From positions 1 through 45,634 of the forward strand of contig CAZZVT010000004.1 of the NCBI GenBank assembly GCA_964657545.1: a DNA stretch of 45,634 nt, given 5' to 3'. The DNA is from an uncultured Jatrophihabitantaceae bacterium (GTDB lineage: Bacteria; Actinomycetota; Actinomycetes; Mycobacteriales; Jatrophihabitantaceae). Shown one piece after another: positions 23,927-33,286 of the stretch. The notes below the pieces were generated by a model. That model saw only the letters and a list, made by a program, of their open reading frames with translations, did not search any database and was not told the origin of the DNA. The stretch's first letter is position 1, and every line of letters starts with the position of its first letter. Made by a program: the position numbers and the translations under genes.

Positions 23927-24970
23927 ATGACGCCGGACATCGCTGTCGTCGACCCGGCGGTTGGCGACGCATCCGCGGCGGACGTCATGGGGATCGTCGT
24001 CGTCAACTTCGCCTCGACCGATCTCGTCGAGCGCAACCTCGGCTCGATCGAGCTCGATGGCGTACCGGTGCGGGTCGTGGTCGTCGACAACTGGTCCACG
24101 TCTCAGGAGCGCGAACGAGCACGCGCGGCCTGCTCTGCGCGGGGTTGGACCGTCGTCGAGCAGCCGGACAACCGAGGTTTCGGCGGCGGCGTGAACGCCG
24201 GTGTGAGGGTGGCCCGCGAACAGGGTTGCACCACCGTTCTCCTGCTGAACCCCGACGCCTCAGCCGGCGTCGAGGTCATTCTCGCGCTGCGCGAGCACTG
24301 CCTGCGTGATCATCTCTCGCTGGTGGCGCCGGTAATCGAGTCGTCGTCCGGGCGCGTCGTGTCCGGTGGGTCGCAGGTCCAGCTGTCCACCGGGCGGATC
24401 CGCGGGCTTGGCGACCAGGCGGTGGTCGTCGACGGTGCAGTGCGCCTGGACGGTGACGTCCCGGGGCGCCTGCACGGCCCGACGCAAGGCTGGCTGTCCG
24501 GCGCGTGCCTCGCGGCGCACCTTGACCTGCTCGACCTCGTCGGTGAGATGTACGAGCCATACTTCCTCTACTGGGAGGACGTCGATCTGAGCGCTCGGGT
24601 CGAGGCGGCCGGGGGATCGCTCGTGGTCCGGCACGACCTGCGAGCCGTGCACGACGAAGGCGGCACGCAGGTGATCCGCGGACGCGCCGCCCGCCCGAGC
24701 ACCTACTACTACTGGAACTGCCGCAACCGGTTGCTCTACGCCGCGCGCAATCTTCCCCGACGCACCCTGTTGCGCTGGATCCTGCACAGCCCGGGCGAGA
24801 GCTGGCAGATACTTCTGCGCGGCGGCAAGAAACAGTTGCTGCTCTCGCCACGGCCGCTCTGGGCGGCGGTCAGCGGCACGCTCGGCGGAGTGGCGGTTGC
24901 CGTGCGGGCCTCACGCGCGCGACGCGGCGACACCAGGACTTCCTCCCTCCTGCACCGGGAGGCGGCTTGA
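23927..24970 (+). CDS. GT2 glycosyltransferase (WbbL/rhamnosyltransferase-like)
   Basis: IVVVNF, VVVDNWS, NRGFGGGVN, LLLNPD, WLSGAC, YFLYWEDVDL. Confidence 0.88.
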   Translation: MTPDIAVVDPAVGDASAADVMGIVVVNFASTDLVERNLGSIELDGVPVRVVVVDNWSTSQERERARAACSARGWTVVEQPDNRGFGGGVNAGVRVAREQGCTTVLLLNPDASAGVEVILALREHCLRDHLSLVAPVIESSSGRVVSGGSQVQLSTGRIRGLGDQAVVVDGAVRLDGDVPGRLHGPTQGWLSGACLAAHLDLLDLVGEMYEPYFLYWEDVDLSARVEAAGGSLVVRHDLRAVHDEGGTQVIRGRAARPSTYYYWNCRNRLLYAARNLPRRTLLRWILHSPGESWQILLRGGKKQLLLSPRPLWAAVSGTLGGVAVAVRASRARRGDTRTSSLLHREAA

Positions 24971-25947
24971 CTGCCGAACCGGCGCCGACGGCCGTGACCG
25001 TTGCGGTCGTCACCTACCGCCGGCCTGACGACCTGGCTGAGCTCTTGCCCCTGCTGATCCGGCAAAGCGTTCGGGCACCTTCGGGCTACGACGTCTGTGT
25101 CCTCGTCGTCGACAACGACCCCGAGGGCAGCGCTGCAGCGGTCGTCGGTTCCCACGAGCACCCGGCTTTGCGCTGCGTACTCGAGCCGACGCCGGGGATC
25201 GCCGCTGCTCGGAACCGCGCCCTCGCCGAGGCGAGCCGCGCGGACCTGCTGGTGTTCATAGACGACGACGAGCGCCCGACCCCGCACTGGCTGGAGCACC
25301 TGCTCGTCACCATGACGCGTACCTCGGCGGTTGCCGTCACCGGGCCCGTCCGTACGATCTTCGACCGGGACACCGTCGATCCCTGGCTGCTCGAGGGTGG
25401 GTTCCTCGAACGTCGTCACCGCGCCGGCACGGTGACCGGGACGGTGCTGACCAACGCGGCCACGAACAATCTATTGCTCGACCTCGCCGCGCTGCGCCGC
25501 CTCGACCTGGGTTTCGACGTCGCTTTCGGATTGAGTGGCGGCGAGGACACGCTGTTCACGCGTTCGCTCGCCCGCCGTGGTGGCCACATCATCTGGTGCC
25601 GAGAAGCCGAGGTCACCGAGCGGATCGACCCCAGCCGGCTGACCCGGCAGTGGATGCTCACACGCGCGTTCAGTTATGGCAGCACCGATGCGCGGGTGGA
25701 CGTGGCACTGGCCGCCGGGAGCCCGATCACGCAGGCCGCCTCCCGCGTTCGGTCTGCCGCGGACGGCCTGGCCCGGATCGTCGTCGGGTCGTTACTGACC
25801 CTTTCGGGCGTCGCGTGCCGTTCGCTGGCGCGCCAGGCATACGGCCAACAGATGGCCTACCGCGGAGCCGGGCTGGTTCTCGGCTCGATGGGGGTCACCC
25901 ACGAGCGGTACCGTCGACCCATTCCGGTCGCGGCTGGTCGATCATGA
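24967..25947 (+). CDS. GT2 glycosyltransferase (ExoM-like)
   Basis: VAVVTYRRP, VVDND, PGIAAARNRAL, FIDDDE, ATNNLL, FGLSGGEDT. Confidence 0.88.
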   Translation: MTAEPAPTAVTVAVVTYRRPDDLAELLPLLIRQSVRAPSGYDVCVLVVDNDPEGSAAAVVGSHEHPALRCVLEPTPGIAAARNRALAEASRADLLVFIDDDERPTPHWLEHLLVTMTRTSAVAVTGPVRTIFDRDTVDPWLLEGGFLERRHRAGTVTGTVLTNAATNNLLLDLAALRRLDLGFDVAFGLSGGEDTLFTRSLARRGGHIIWCREAEVTERIDPSRLTRQWMLTRAFSYGSTDARVDVALAAGSPITQAASRVRSAADGLARIVVGSLLTLSGVACRSLARQAYGQQMAYRGAGLVLGSMGVTHERYRRPIPVAAGRS

Positions 25948-27536
25948 CCGGCGCGCAGCGTCAGGACGGTCGTGGTCGCGTCGGCGACCAACCTGTGTCG
26001 TCCGCTGCCCCGGCCGAGGGCATCGGCGCACCGGTGAACGTCGAGGTAGCCGCTTCGGACCCCGGTGCCGCGCTGGCCGAGGACACAGCCGGTCTCGGCG
26101 GCCGGGCCGCGCGAGGCGCGGCCATCACTCTGGTCGGCCAGGCCACCCGCATCCTGCTGCAGACCGTCACGGTGGTCGTCCTGGCCCGGCTGCTCAGTCC
26201 GCGTGACTACGGCCTGTTCGCGATCGTGTTGGTCATCGTCGGGGTGGGCGAGATCTTCCGTGACTTCGGGCTGTCGAATGCTGCCGTCCAGGCCAAGGTG
26301 CTCACCCGGGAACAGCGTGACAACCTCTTCTGGGTCAACACCGGCTTCGGCGTCGTACTCAGCGTGGTCGTCTTCGCCGCCGCCCCGCTGGCCGCCTGGG
26401 CCTTCCATCAGCCGGCGCTCGAGCCGATCACCCGGGCACTGGCCCTCACTTTCACCATCAACGGCGTGGCGACGCAATTTCGTGCGGATCTCAACCGCAG
26501 GATGCGTTTCGGTTATCTGTCCCTGTGCGACATCCTGGGGCAGCTCGGCAGCTTGATCATCGCGGTTACCTGCGCAGCCCTGGGCGCCGGCTACTGGTCT
26601 CTGGTGGCCCAGCAGCTCAGCCAGCTCGGCCTCGCCGCGATGATGATGGTGATTTTCGCCCGATGGGTGCCGCGGCTGCCGAGCCGGGACGGTGACATCC
26701 GCTCATTCGTCCTCCTCGGACGCCAGCTCGCGGCAACCCAACTGCTGTTCTACCTCAGCAACAACCTGGACACGATCACCGTCGGTGCTCGCTTCGGATC
26801 GGTGTCGCTGGGCATCTACAACCGCGGATTCTCGCTGCTCATGTCCCCGCTCAACAGCTTGCGTGCCCCGGCGACGACGGTGGCTCTGCCCGTGTTGTCC
26901 CGGCTCCAGGGCGACGTGGACCGAGCGGGTGATTACATCCGGCGGGGCCAATTGACTCTGGGTTACACGATCGTGGCCGGGCTGGCCGTCACAGCTGGCG
27001 CCTCGCACCCGATCGTTGCGTTACTCCTCGGTCACAAGTGGCGGGACGTCTCACCGGTCGTCAGCTTTCTCGCGATCGCCGGGGCCTGCTCGACGCTTGC
27101 CTACGTGGGCCTGTGGGTCTACCTCTCCCGAGGGCTCGGACGCGACCTGATGCACTGGACGCTGATCACGCTGGGCCTGCAGGCGGTATGCATTCTGGTC
27201 GGAAGCCGCTGGGGCGTTGATGGGGTCGCCGCGGGCTACGCGGCCGCCTCCGCCATCGAGTGGCCCCTGTCGTTGTACCGGCTCTCACGGCGCACACCGA
27301 TCCCGCTACGGATCATGCTGCTCGCTGCGACCCGAGTGACCTGCTGCGGAATGGCTGCGGGCGGCGTCTCCCGACTAGTGTCCTGGTTGACACTCGAGCA
27401 GGCGCCGATTCTAGGAGTCGCGCTGTCCGTTGCGAGCGGTTTTGCCGTCTATACCGTGCTCGGGGTGCTGTCCTCCCAGGTGCGCGAAGACCTGGTGACC
27501 GTCCGACTGTTCGCCACGCGCATGATCACGAAGTAG
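25944..27536 (+). CDS. wzx: Wzx (WzxC-like) flippase
   Basis: LARLLSPRDYGLFA, FRDFGLSNAAVQ, LGAGYWSLVAQQL, NNLDTITVG...LGIYNRGF; many TM helices. ATGA coupling at 25944. Confidence 0.92.
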   Translation: MTGAQRQDGRGRVGDQPVSSAAPAEGIGAPVNVEVAASDPGAALAEDTAGLGGRAARGAAITLVGQATRILLQTVTVVVLARLLSPRDYGLFAIVLVIVGVGEIFRDFGLSNAAVQAKVLTREQRDNLFWVNTGFGVVLSVVVFAAAPLAAWAFHQPALEPITRALALTFTINGVATQFRADLNRRMRFGYLSLCDILGQLGSLIIAVTCAALGAGYWSLVAQQLSQLGLAAMMMVIFARWVPRLPSRDGDIRSFVLLGRQLAATQLLFYLSNNLDTITVGARFGSVSLGIYNRGFSLLMSPLNSLRAPATTVALPVLSRLQGDVDRAGDYIRRGQLTLGYTIVAGLAVTAGASHPIVALLLGHKWRDVSPVVSFLAIAGACSTLAYVGLWVYLSRGLGRDLMHWTLITLGLQAVCILVGSRWGVDGVAAGYAAASAIEWPLSLYRLSRRTPIPLRIMLLAATRVTCCGMAAGGVSRLVSWLTLEQAPILGVALSVASGFAVYTVLGVLSSQVREDLVTVRLFATRMITK

Positions 27537-28770
27537 CCGGGACCTCGGCAACGGCGGCTTGGTACCACTCGTCAATGAGCGTCTCGAGGCGGCCGGCTGA
27601 CCACCGCTCGTGCTGGCGCCCCCCGATCCCGCCGACGCTGACGAGCTCGCTGGCCAGGGCGGCGATGACCGCCTTACGGGATTTTTTCGCGACCCTAACC
27701 GGGTAGCCGTTGACGTCGGCCAGAACCGGGGGACCACCGACGTCGAGGCAGATCACCGGCAAACCCATGGAGCTCGCCTCGCCGACGGCCCACGGCGCCG
27801 AGTCGTGCATCGAGGGAAACAGCATCGCGTCGACCTCGCCGTAGACCTCCAGGATGCGCGAGCGCGGCACGTGCCCGTGAAAGGTGACCCGGCCGGCAAG
27901 GCCGAGGTCGCGGACGAGCTTCTGCAGACGGGGCAGCTGCGGACCGGTGCCGTAGAGGTCGAGGGTCCAGTCATCCGCGGCGGCTTCGGCCATCGCCGCG
28001 ACGGCCAGGGCCGGACCCTTCCAGGCGACCAGGCGGCCGACGAACACTGCTTTGCGGCCGTCCCCGGCCCGTGTCGTGCGCAGAGGCAGCGCGGCGAAGG
28101 CGGAGTTCGGCTCGAGCACGACGCGTCGTGAACTGGCGAAACGTCGGGCGTCGTCGGTGTTCTGGGCGAGGACCAGGCGTGCCGCTCGCGCCATCGGGTC
28201 ACCCCAGATGCGCCGGGCGATGCGCGTGGCGCTGCTGCGCACCACCTCGCCGACGATCCCGCGCGGCCCGAGGCAGCCGGCGAGGCGCCATGGCTGGTAG
28301 CTCGCCCCGCCCACCGGACCCCAGACAAACGGGACGGTGCGGGCCAGCTGCCCAAGGCCGCAGTACTGCCAGTCCACGGCGAAGGTGACGTGGTGGACAA
28401 CGTCGAAACCCTGCCGGGCGTGCAGGTCCGCCGCCGTACGTCGCAATGCTCGCTGCCACAGTGCGTAGTACCAGTACACCGATCCAGGGCGCCGACGCAA
28501 AGCCATCGTGCGAGGCGAAAGATCGAGGTAGACGACGGTCAGGTGCCTCGCAATCTCGGGTTCCGCTGCCAGGGCTGCGGAGACCGCTGGTTCGAACCTG
28601 TGCCGAGTGACGACCCAGACGTCGTGGTGGACCGCCGCCGCCCGCGCGAAGGCCCAGCCGGCACCGGCCTCCGGCTCGTCCAGGCCGGGAGCGCAGGCGT
28701 AGGCACTGATCAGGACTCGCAACCGTCGCCCGCCCGCAGGGCCAGTCGCGCCCGTCGGTGGCTCGTTCAT
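27526..28770 (-). CDS. GT4 glycosyltransferase
   Basis: VLISAYACAP..EPEAGAGW, FDVVHHVTF, FVWGPVGG, FVGRLVAWKG, LFPSMHDS. Confidence 0.88.
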   Translation of the reverse strand: MNEPPTGATGPAGGRRLRVLISAYACAPGLDEPEAGAGWAFARAAAVHHDVWVVTRHRFEPAVSAALAAEPEIARHLTVVYLDLSPRTMALRRRPGSVYWYYALWQRALRRTAADLHARQGFDVVHHVTFAVDWQYCGLGQLARTVPFVWGPVGGASYQPWRLAGCLGPRGIVGEVVRSSATRIARRIWGDPMARAARLVLAQNTDDARRFASSRRVVLEPNSAFAALPLRTTRAGDGRKAVFVGRLVAWKGPALAVAAMAEAAADDWTLDLYGTGPQLPRLQKLVRDLGLAGRVTFHGHVPRSRILEVYGEVDAMLFPSMHDSAPWAVGEASSMGLPVICLDVGGPPVLADVNGYPVRVAKKSRKAVIAALASELVSVGGIGGRQHERWSAGRLETLIDEWYQAAVAEVPATS

Positions 28771-29729
28771 GCCGTGGTCTCATCTCGACTGCGGTCGTAT
28801 TCGACGAAGCCGTAGCCGAGGGCGCCGACCACGAGTCCGAGATTCGCAGTCGCAACGCAGGCCCCCCGCGCCCGGTGATGGATCGATCGACGCACTGTAC
28901 CCACCGCCAACTCGGCGAGTCCGAGCCCGCACCGGCCGAGCCCCTTGGCCATCAGGGCCGCACGAACCAGCGGGCGGCGGGCGCGCGCAGCCACGCCCAC
29001 CTCGACCCTTGCAAACGAGGTCCCGGCCCGGAATTCGCGTCGGAGCACCCAGTGTCGGGTGGCGCGGTCGGTCGGGATGTAGTCGATGACGGCCGCACCC
29101 TGGCACCAGATTATGCGGCCGGCTCCCGAGACCAGGCGACGAGCGAACTCTGTGTCCTCACCGCCGGTGAGGCCGAATGCCTCGTTGAAGGTCAGTCCGA
29201 GACGGTGCACGTCTTGGAGATCCAGCAGGAGGTTGTTCGAGGCGGCGGAGCGCAATGTCGCGCCGTCGGGGTGACGCCGGGTCTCGAACATTTGGCTCGC
29301 CGTGACCCAGTCGCTCGGGGGCGTGTCGAAGCGGGCGATGAGCGGCCCGGTGACGGAGCACGGGCGCTGGTCCTGCCAGCGCTGCACCAGGGCATTCAAC
29401 CAGCCGGGAGCAGGCTGCTCGTCGTCATCGATGAACACCAGCGCCTCGGCGTCCCGAGACTCGACGAGTGCCCGATTTCTGGCCGCGGCGATTCCCGGAT
29501 GCGGCTCGTGCACGTAGTCGACCGCCCCGGCGACCAGCCGGTCCGCGAACGTGTCGAGGGTGTCCCGGCCGCTCCCGGCCGGGTCGTTGTCGATGAGCAG
29601 GACCCGGGCAGGGGGGTCGAGGCCCCATGCTTGCCCGACGACGTGCGGCAAGAGCCGGGCGAGCTCGTGGGGTCGCCGATAGGTCAGAACGGCCACCACA
29701 ACCGGTGAGCTCGCCGGACGTGTCGACAT
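28767..29729 (-). CDS. GT2 glycosyltransferase (ExoM-like), paralog of 24967-25947
   Basis: VAVLTYRRP, LIDND, PGIAAARNRAL, FIDDDE, ASNNLL, FGLTGGEDT. Start is ATG 29729 or 29768. Confidence 0.87.
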   Translation of the reverse strand: MSTRPASSPVVVAVLTYRRPHELARLLPHVVGQAWGLDPPARVLLIDNDPAGSGRDTLDTFADRLVAGAVDYVHEPHPGIAAARNRALVESRDAEALVFIDDDEQPAPGWLNALVQRWQDQRPCSVTGPLIARFDTPPSDWVTASQMFETRRHPDGATLRSAASNNLLLDLQDVHRLGLTFNEAFGLTGGEDTEFARRLVSGAGRIIWCQGAAVIDYIPTDRATRHWVLRREFRAGTSFARVEVGVAARARRPLVRAALMAKGLGRCGLGLAELAVGTVRRSIHHRARGACVATANLGLVVGALGYGFVEYDRSRDETTA

Positions 29730-29837
29730 GCCTGGCGACCTACTCTCGGTGTTCGGCGGACGGCCCATGTTATTTTCCCAGACGTCCGCGTTGGCGCCCG
29801 GTCATGCAGGGCCACTCCAAGAGACGGTTGTGTGTCC

Positions 29838-30704
29838 ATGCTGGGTGTGCCTGTCCGGCGTTCCGTCGTCGCGTACAACGGCTACACGTCGGGCATCGGC
29901 AACCGGATCCGTGTCGTGCTCGGGTCGCTGAGCGTCGCCGAACTCGAGCACCGCGACCTCTACTACGTGTGGCCGACCGGTCAGCGGTTCGGACCTTCGT
30001 TCACCGATCTATGGGAGTTCCGCGAGGGTCGAACGGTGTCCAGGGCGACGTCACGCCTACTGGCCAGGCGCTGGCAGTACCTGGACGAGGACGTGCCCGC
30101 CTGGCTGACCGAGCGGAAGCGCCGCGAGCTCGTCTGGCAGATCCGCACCGGCAGCGAACTCGTCCTGCCGGTCGGTGCCCGACCGTGGGCCGACCGGTTC
30201 CGTGCCCTGACACCGGTCACCTCGATCGCGGACCGGATTCGGTCGGAATTCGAGGGACATCTGCGCGGGCGGCCCTACGTGGGTGTGATGGTTCGTGCGC
30301 ACGCGGTCTCGCACCGCAAGACGCTCGAGAGCTCACCGGTCGAATGGTTCGTCGAGCGGATGCAGCAGTTGCGGGCCGCGGATCCCGACCTCCGGTTCTT
30401 CCTCTCGTGCGACACCCCGGAAGTGCAGGAGCGCATCGCCAAGGAGATAGGGGGTTGCTACGGGCTGCGGGACAAGGGTGCCTACAACAGCACATCGGGT
30501 GTCCGGTCTGCGGTGTGCGATCTCTACCTTTTAGCAGGCGCCGGGCATCTGATCGGACCGCACTTCTCCAGCTTCGTCGAGCTCGCCCGGAAGCTGTCCG
30601 GGGGTCGCCTGGCCCTCGAGACTCCACTGCACCCCATCTCCGAGGTGGACGTCGCGGCGGCCGGTTTGGTGCGGGACCCGGTGCTTCCGCACGACCGCCG
30701 CTGA
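29838..30704 (+). CDS. Putative GT-B fucosyltransferase-fold protein (NodZ/GT23/GT11-like)
   Basis: SGIGNRI, YVGVMVR, FFLSCDT, DLYLLAGAGHLIGPHFSSF resemble the shared alpha-1,2/alpha-1,6/O-fucosyltransferase motifs. Confidence 0.6.
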   Translation: MLGVPVRRSVVAYNGYTSGIGNRIRVVLGSLSVAELEHRDLYYVWPTGQRFGPSFTDLWEFREGRTVSRATSRLLARRWQYLDEDVPAWLTERKRRELVWQIRTGSELVLPVGARPWADRFRALTPVTSIADRIRSEFEGHLRGRPYVGVMVRAHAVSHRKTLESSPVEWFVERMQQLRAADPDLRFFLSCDTPEVQERIAKEIGGCYGLRDKGAYNSTSGVRSAVCDLYLLAGAGHLIGPHFSSFVELARKLSGGRLALETPLHPISEVDVAAAGLVRDPVLPHDRR

Positions 30705-30747
30705 GGGCCGCGCTGCATTGGTTGTTCAGGTATCGTGAGGTCATCAG

Positions 30748-32061
30748 GTGCAGAGCCGCAGAGCCTCACCACGGGTGGAAGCCGCGGTCTCGACTATGAG
30801 CGCAGTTGTCGCTGATCCGCAGGTCCCCGATCTTTCACCGCCGACTTCCGACTGTGTGGACACCTTCGCCATTTTCCAGCAAGGTGCGGCGCTGCTTGCG
30901 GCATTCCTGGTGGGCTTCTCCGTCACGCTGCACGCAGGTGTGACCGCGGGACAGGTCGTCGCATTTCTGCTGATACCGCTGTGGGCGCCCGCACTCTCGC
31001 GCTTCGCCGGGGCACGGACCGTGCTGGCCTTGGGTGTCGTTACCGTTACGGCCGGCTACCTGTTGTCCGCCGACGCAGCGACCGAGGGCTTCCTGATCAG
31101 CGGGTCGAATGCTCTGCATGGGATCACCGACCTGCTCGGGGCGGTCGTGTGCATCGGCGTCCTGCTGTGGGGCAGGACGGTGGTGGGTCTGCCCTCCCTG
31201 GGCGCGGCGACAGGTTTCGGCATGATCGCCTATGCCGCGGTGAGTGGCACGAATGCGGACGGCAATGCGTGGAAATTCATCTGGGCTGTGCCGGTCAGCG
31301 TCTTCGTGTTGGGTCTGAGCACCCGCAGCGCTCGGATCGCGCCCGGCGTTGTGATGTTGCTGCTGCTGACGGTGGTGTCGGCCGTCGAATCCTGTCGTTC
31401 GTATTCGGCCGCACTGGTGCTGACTGCGGTGGTCCTGCTGTGGCGAGCGCGTGCAGGCCACCCCGGGTCCCGCCGGTCGTGGTGGGTGCTGACGGCCGGC
31501 TTCGTCGCTGCCCTGGCCGCAGGCCTTTATTATCTCGCGTCGTCGCTCCTGGTCTCAGGTTACCTCGGTGCTGCGTCGCAGGCGCGCACCATCGCGCAGT
31601 TGCAAACCAGCGGCTCGCTGCTCCTGGGGGGGAGGCCGGAGATCTCCGCCACCTGGGCCCTGATGAAGTACCGGCCCAGCGGGTACGGCATTGGGGTCAT
31701 CCCCGGTCCGCAGGATATTTTGATCGCCAAATCCGGAATGTCGAACATCGGCTACAACCCGGACAACGGCTACGTCGAGAAATACATGTTCGGCGGCCAC
31801 ATCGAATTGCATTCGGTCATTGGTGACATGTGGGCGTCGTACGGGATCATGGGAGTCGTATTCACAGCTGCGGTCGCTGTGCTGATGGTGAGGCACCTGT
31901 CGATCGGCATCTCGCGTCGTCAGGGCAATGCGTTGACGTTCTTCCTCGCGGTATGGATGTTATGGAATGTGGCTTTCAGTCCGCTTGCGTCGTCGATGTC
32001 GGTCCTGATCCTTGCGGTTGCTGCTCTATTGCCGGACAAACAGCGATCTGTGACCGCGTGA
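30748..32061 (+). CDS. wzy: Wzy polymerase / O-antigen-ligase-like membrane protein
   Basis: About 10-11 hydrophobic helices, a large loop near the C-terminus with GYGIG and IELHSVIGDMWASYGIMG (Wzy_C-type H...G..G motif). Start is 30748 or ATG 30796. Confidence 0.72.
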   Translation: MQSRRASPRVEAAVSTMSAVVADPQVPDLSPPTSDCVDTFAIFQQGAALLAAFLVGFSVTLHAGVTAGQVVAFLLIPLWAPALSRFAGARTVLALGVVTVTAGYLLSADAATEGFLISGSNALHGITDLLGAVVCIGVLLWGRTVVGLPSLGAATGFGMIAYAAVSGTNADGNAWKFIWAVPVSVFVLGLSTRSARIAPGVVMLLLLTVVSAVESCRSYSAALVLTAVVLLWRARAGHPGSRRSWWVLTAGFVAALAAGLYYLASSLLVSGYLGAASQARTIAQLQTSGSLLLGGRPEISATWALMKYRPSGYGIGVIPGPQDILIAKSGMSNIGYNPDNGYVEKYMFGGHIELHSVIGDMWASYGIMGVVFTAAVAVLMVRHLSIGISRRQGNALTFFLAVWMLWNVAFSPLASSMSVLILAVAALLPDKQRSVTA

Positions 32062-33146
32062 GCAAGATGCAGCACGCTGTGCGCTACCGCCCCGAACTTG
32101 GTTACCGTCCCGAACTCGACGGGTTACGTGCGATCGCCGTCGTGCTGGTCATCGTATTCCATGCGCTACAACCGCGCCGATTCTCCGGCTTCATCGGGGT
32201 CGATGTGTTCTTCGCCCTCAGCGGCTATCTGATCACGACAATCCTCTTGCGTGAGCTCGACGAGCGTCAGACGCTGCGATTGGGACGGTTCTACAGGCGC
32301 CGCTTCCTCCGGCTGTACCCGGCGTTGTTGTTCATGGTCGTGTGCTCGTTCACCTTCGCCACGGTGTTGAGCGGGTCATTCTCCTACCACGTCAAGAACG
32401 CCGTCATTGCCTGCACCTACACCGCGAACCTCTACATGACCTACGACCACAACTGGATCCAAGGCTTCGGCCACACGTGGTCTCTCGCCCTTGAGGAGCA
32501 GTACTACCTGCTGTGGCCCGTTGTCTTGCTGCTGTCGATCCGGCTGCACCTGTCCCGTCGCTGGATTGCCGTGCTCATCACCGCACTGGCAATCGTGACC
32601 ACGTACTTCAGCGTCGAGGACTTCAGATTCGGGACGATCTCCGAGCCGCTTCAGTCGACCAGCACCGGGCTCCTGCTCGGCAGCGCAGCCGCCTTGGTGC
32701 TCGACGATCGTTATCTGCGTCGCGCGTTCGCCGCTCCTGTCATCGGCCTGTTCGGGGCGGCCCTGGTGCTCGCGGAACTGGCGACCTTCTCGGTCACGTC
32801 GTCGATTGCGGCAGGCTGGTACGCGCCGGTCGCGGCGCTCGGGACCATCTGCGTGATCGCGTATCTGACGGTTGCCGAGCCCGGTCGGGTGCAGCACCTG
32901 CTCGCGGCGGCGCCGCTGGTGGGCATCGGTCGCATTTCCTACGGCATCTACCTGTGGCACTACCCGGTGCTGTTGGTGCTGGAACGCAAGACCTCGCTGT
33001 CGAGTGGGATGCTGCTCGTCATCGACCTGGTGTCGGCGGTGGCTGTGGCCGCGCTGTCCTATCGGTACGTCGAAACGCCATTCCTGCGTCTGAAGGACAA
33101 GCGGTCCAGGCCGACGATGACTGAATCGTCGGCCGCCGCATTGTGA
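32058..33146 (+). CDS. Acyltransferase-3 (OafA/YrhL-type O-acyltransferase)
   Basis: YRPELDGLRAIAV, GVDVFFALSGYLIT, FYRRRFLRLYP, HTWSLALEEQYY, GRISYGIYLWH, SYRYVE. Confidence 0.93.
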   Translation: MSKMQHAVRYRPELGYRPELDGLRAIAVVLVIVFHALQPRRFSGFIGVDVFFALSGYLITTILLRELDERQTLRLGRFYRRRFLRLYPALLFMVVCSFTFATVLSGSFSYHVKNAVIACTYTANLYMTYDHNWIQGFGHTWSLALEEQYYLLWPVVLLLSIRLHLSRRWIAVLITALAIVTTYFSVEDFRFGTISEPLQSTSTGLLLGSAAALVLDDRYLRRAFAAPVIGLFGAALVLAELATFSVTSSIAAGWYAPVAALGTICVIAYLTVAEPGRVQHLLAAAPLVGIGRISYGIYLWHYPVLLVLERKTSLSSGMLLVIDLVSAVAVAALSYRYVETPFLRLKDKRSRPTMTESSAAAL

Positions 33147-33286
33147 CCTGAGGAATGCAGCGCATTGGTACTTCCGGTCACGGCGCCGTTTAGCCAATGT
33201 GCCGTCGAGCGCCTAAGATCGAGATTCCGATGCTCGGCAATCGTGGTGAGGACGAAGCTGGCGTCCTTTTTCTTGGAGGCTGATCG

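Noticed and set aside
32085-32120. 18-nt tandem duplication (YRPELG-YRPELD) at the acyltransferase N-terminus
   Set aside because: Real but in-frame, only two diverged copies; no sign of a phase-variable tract.
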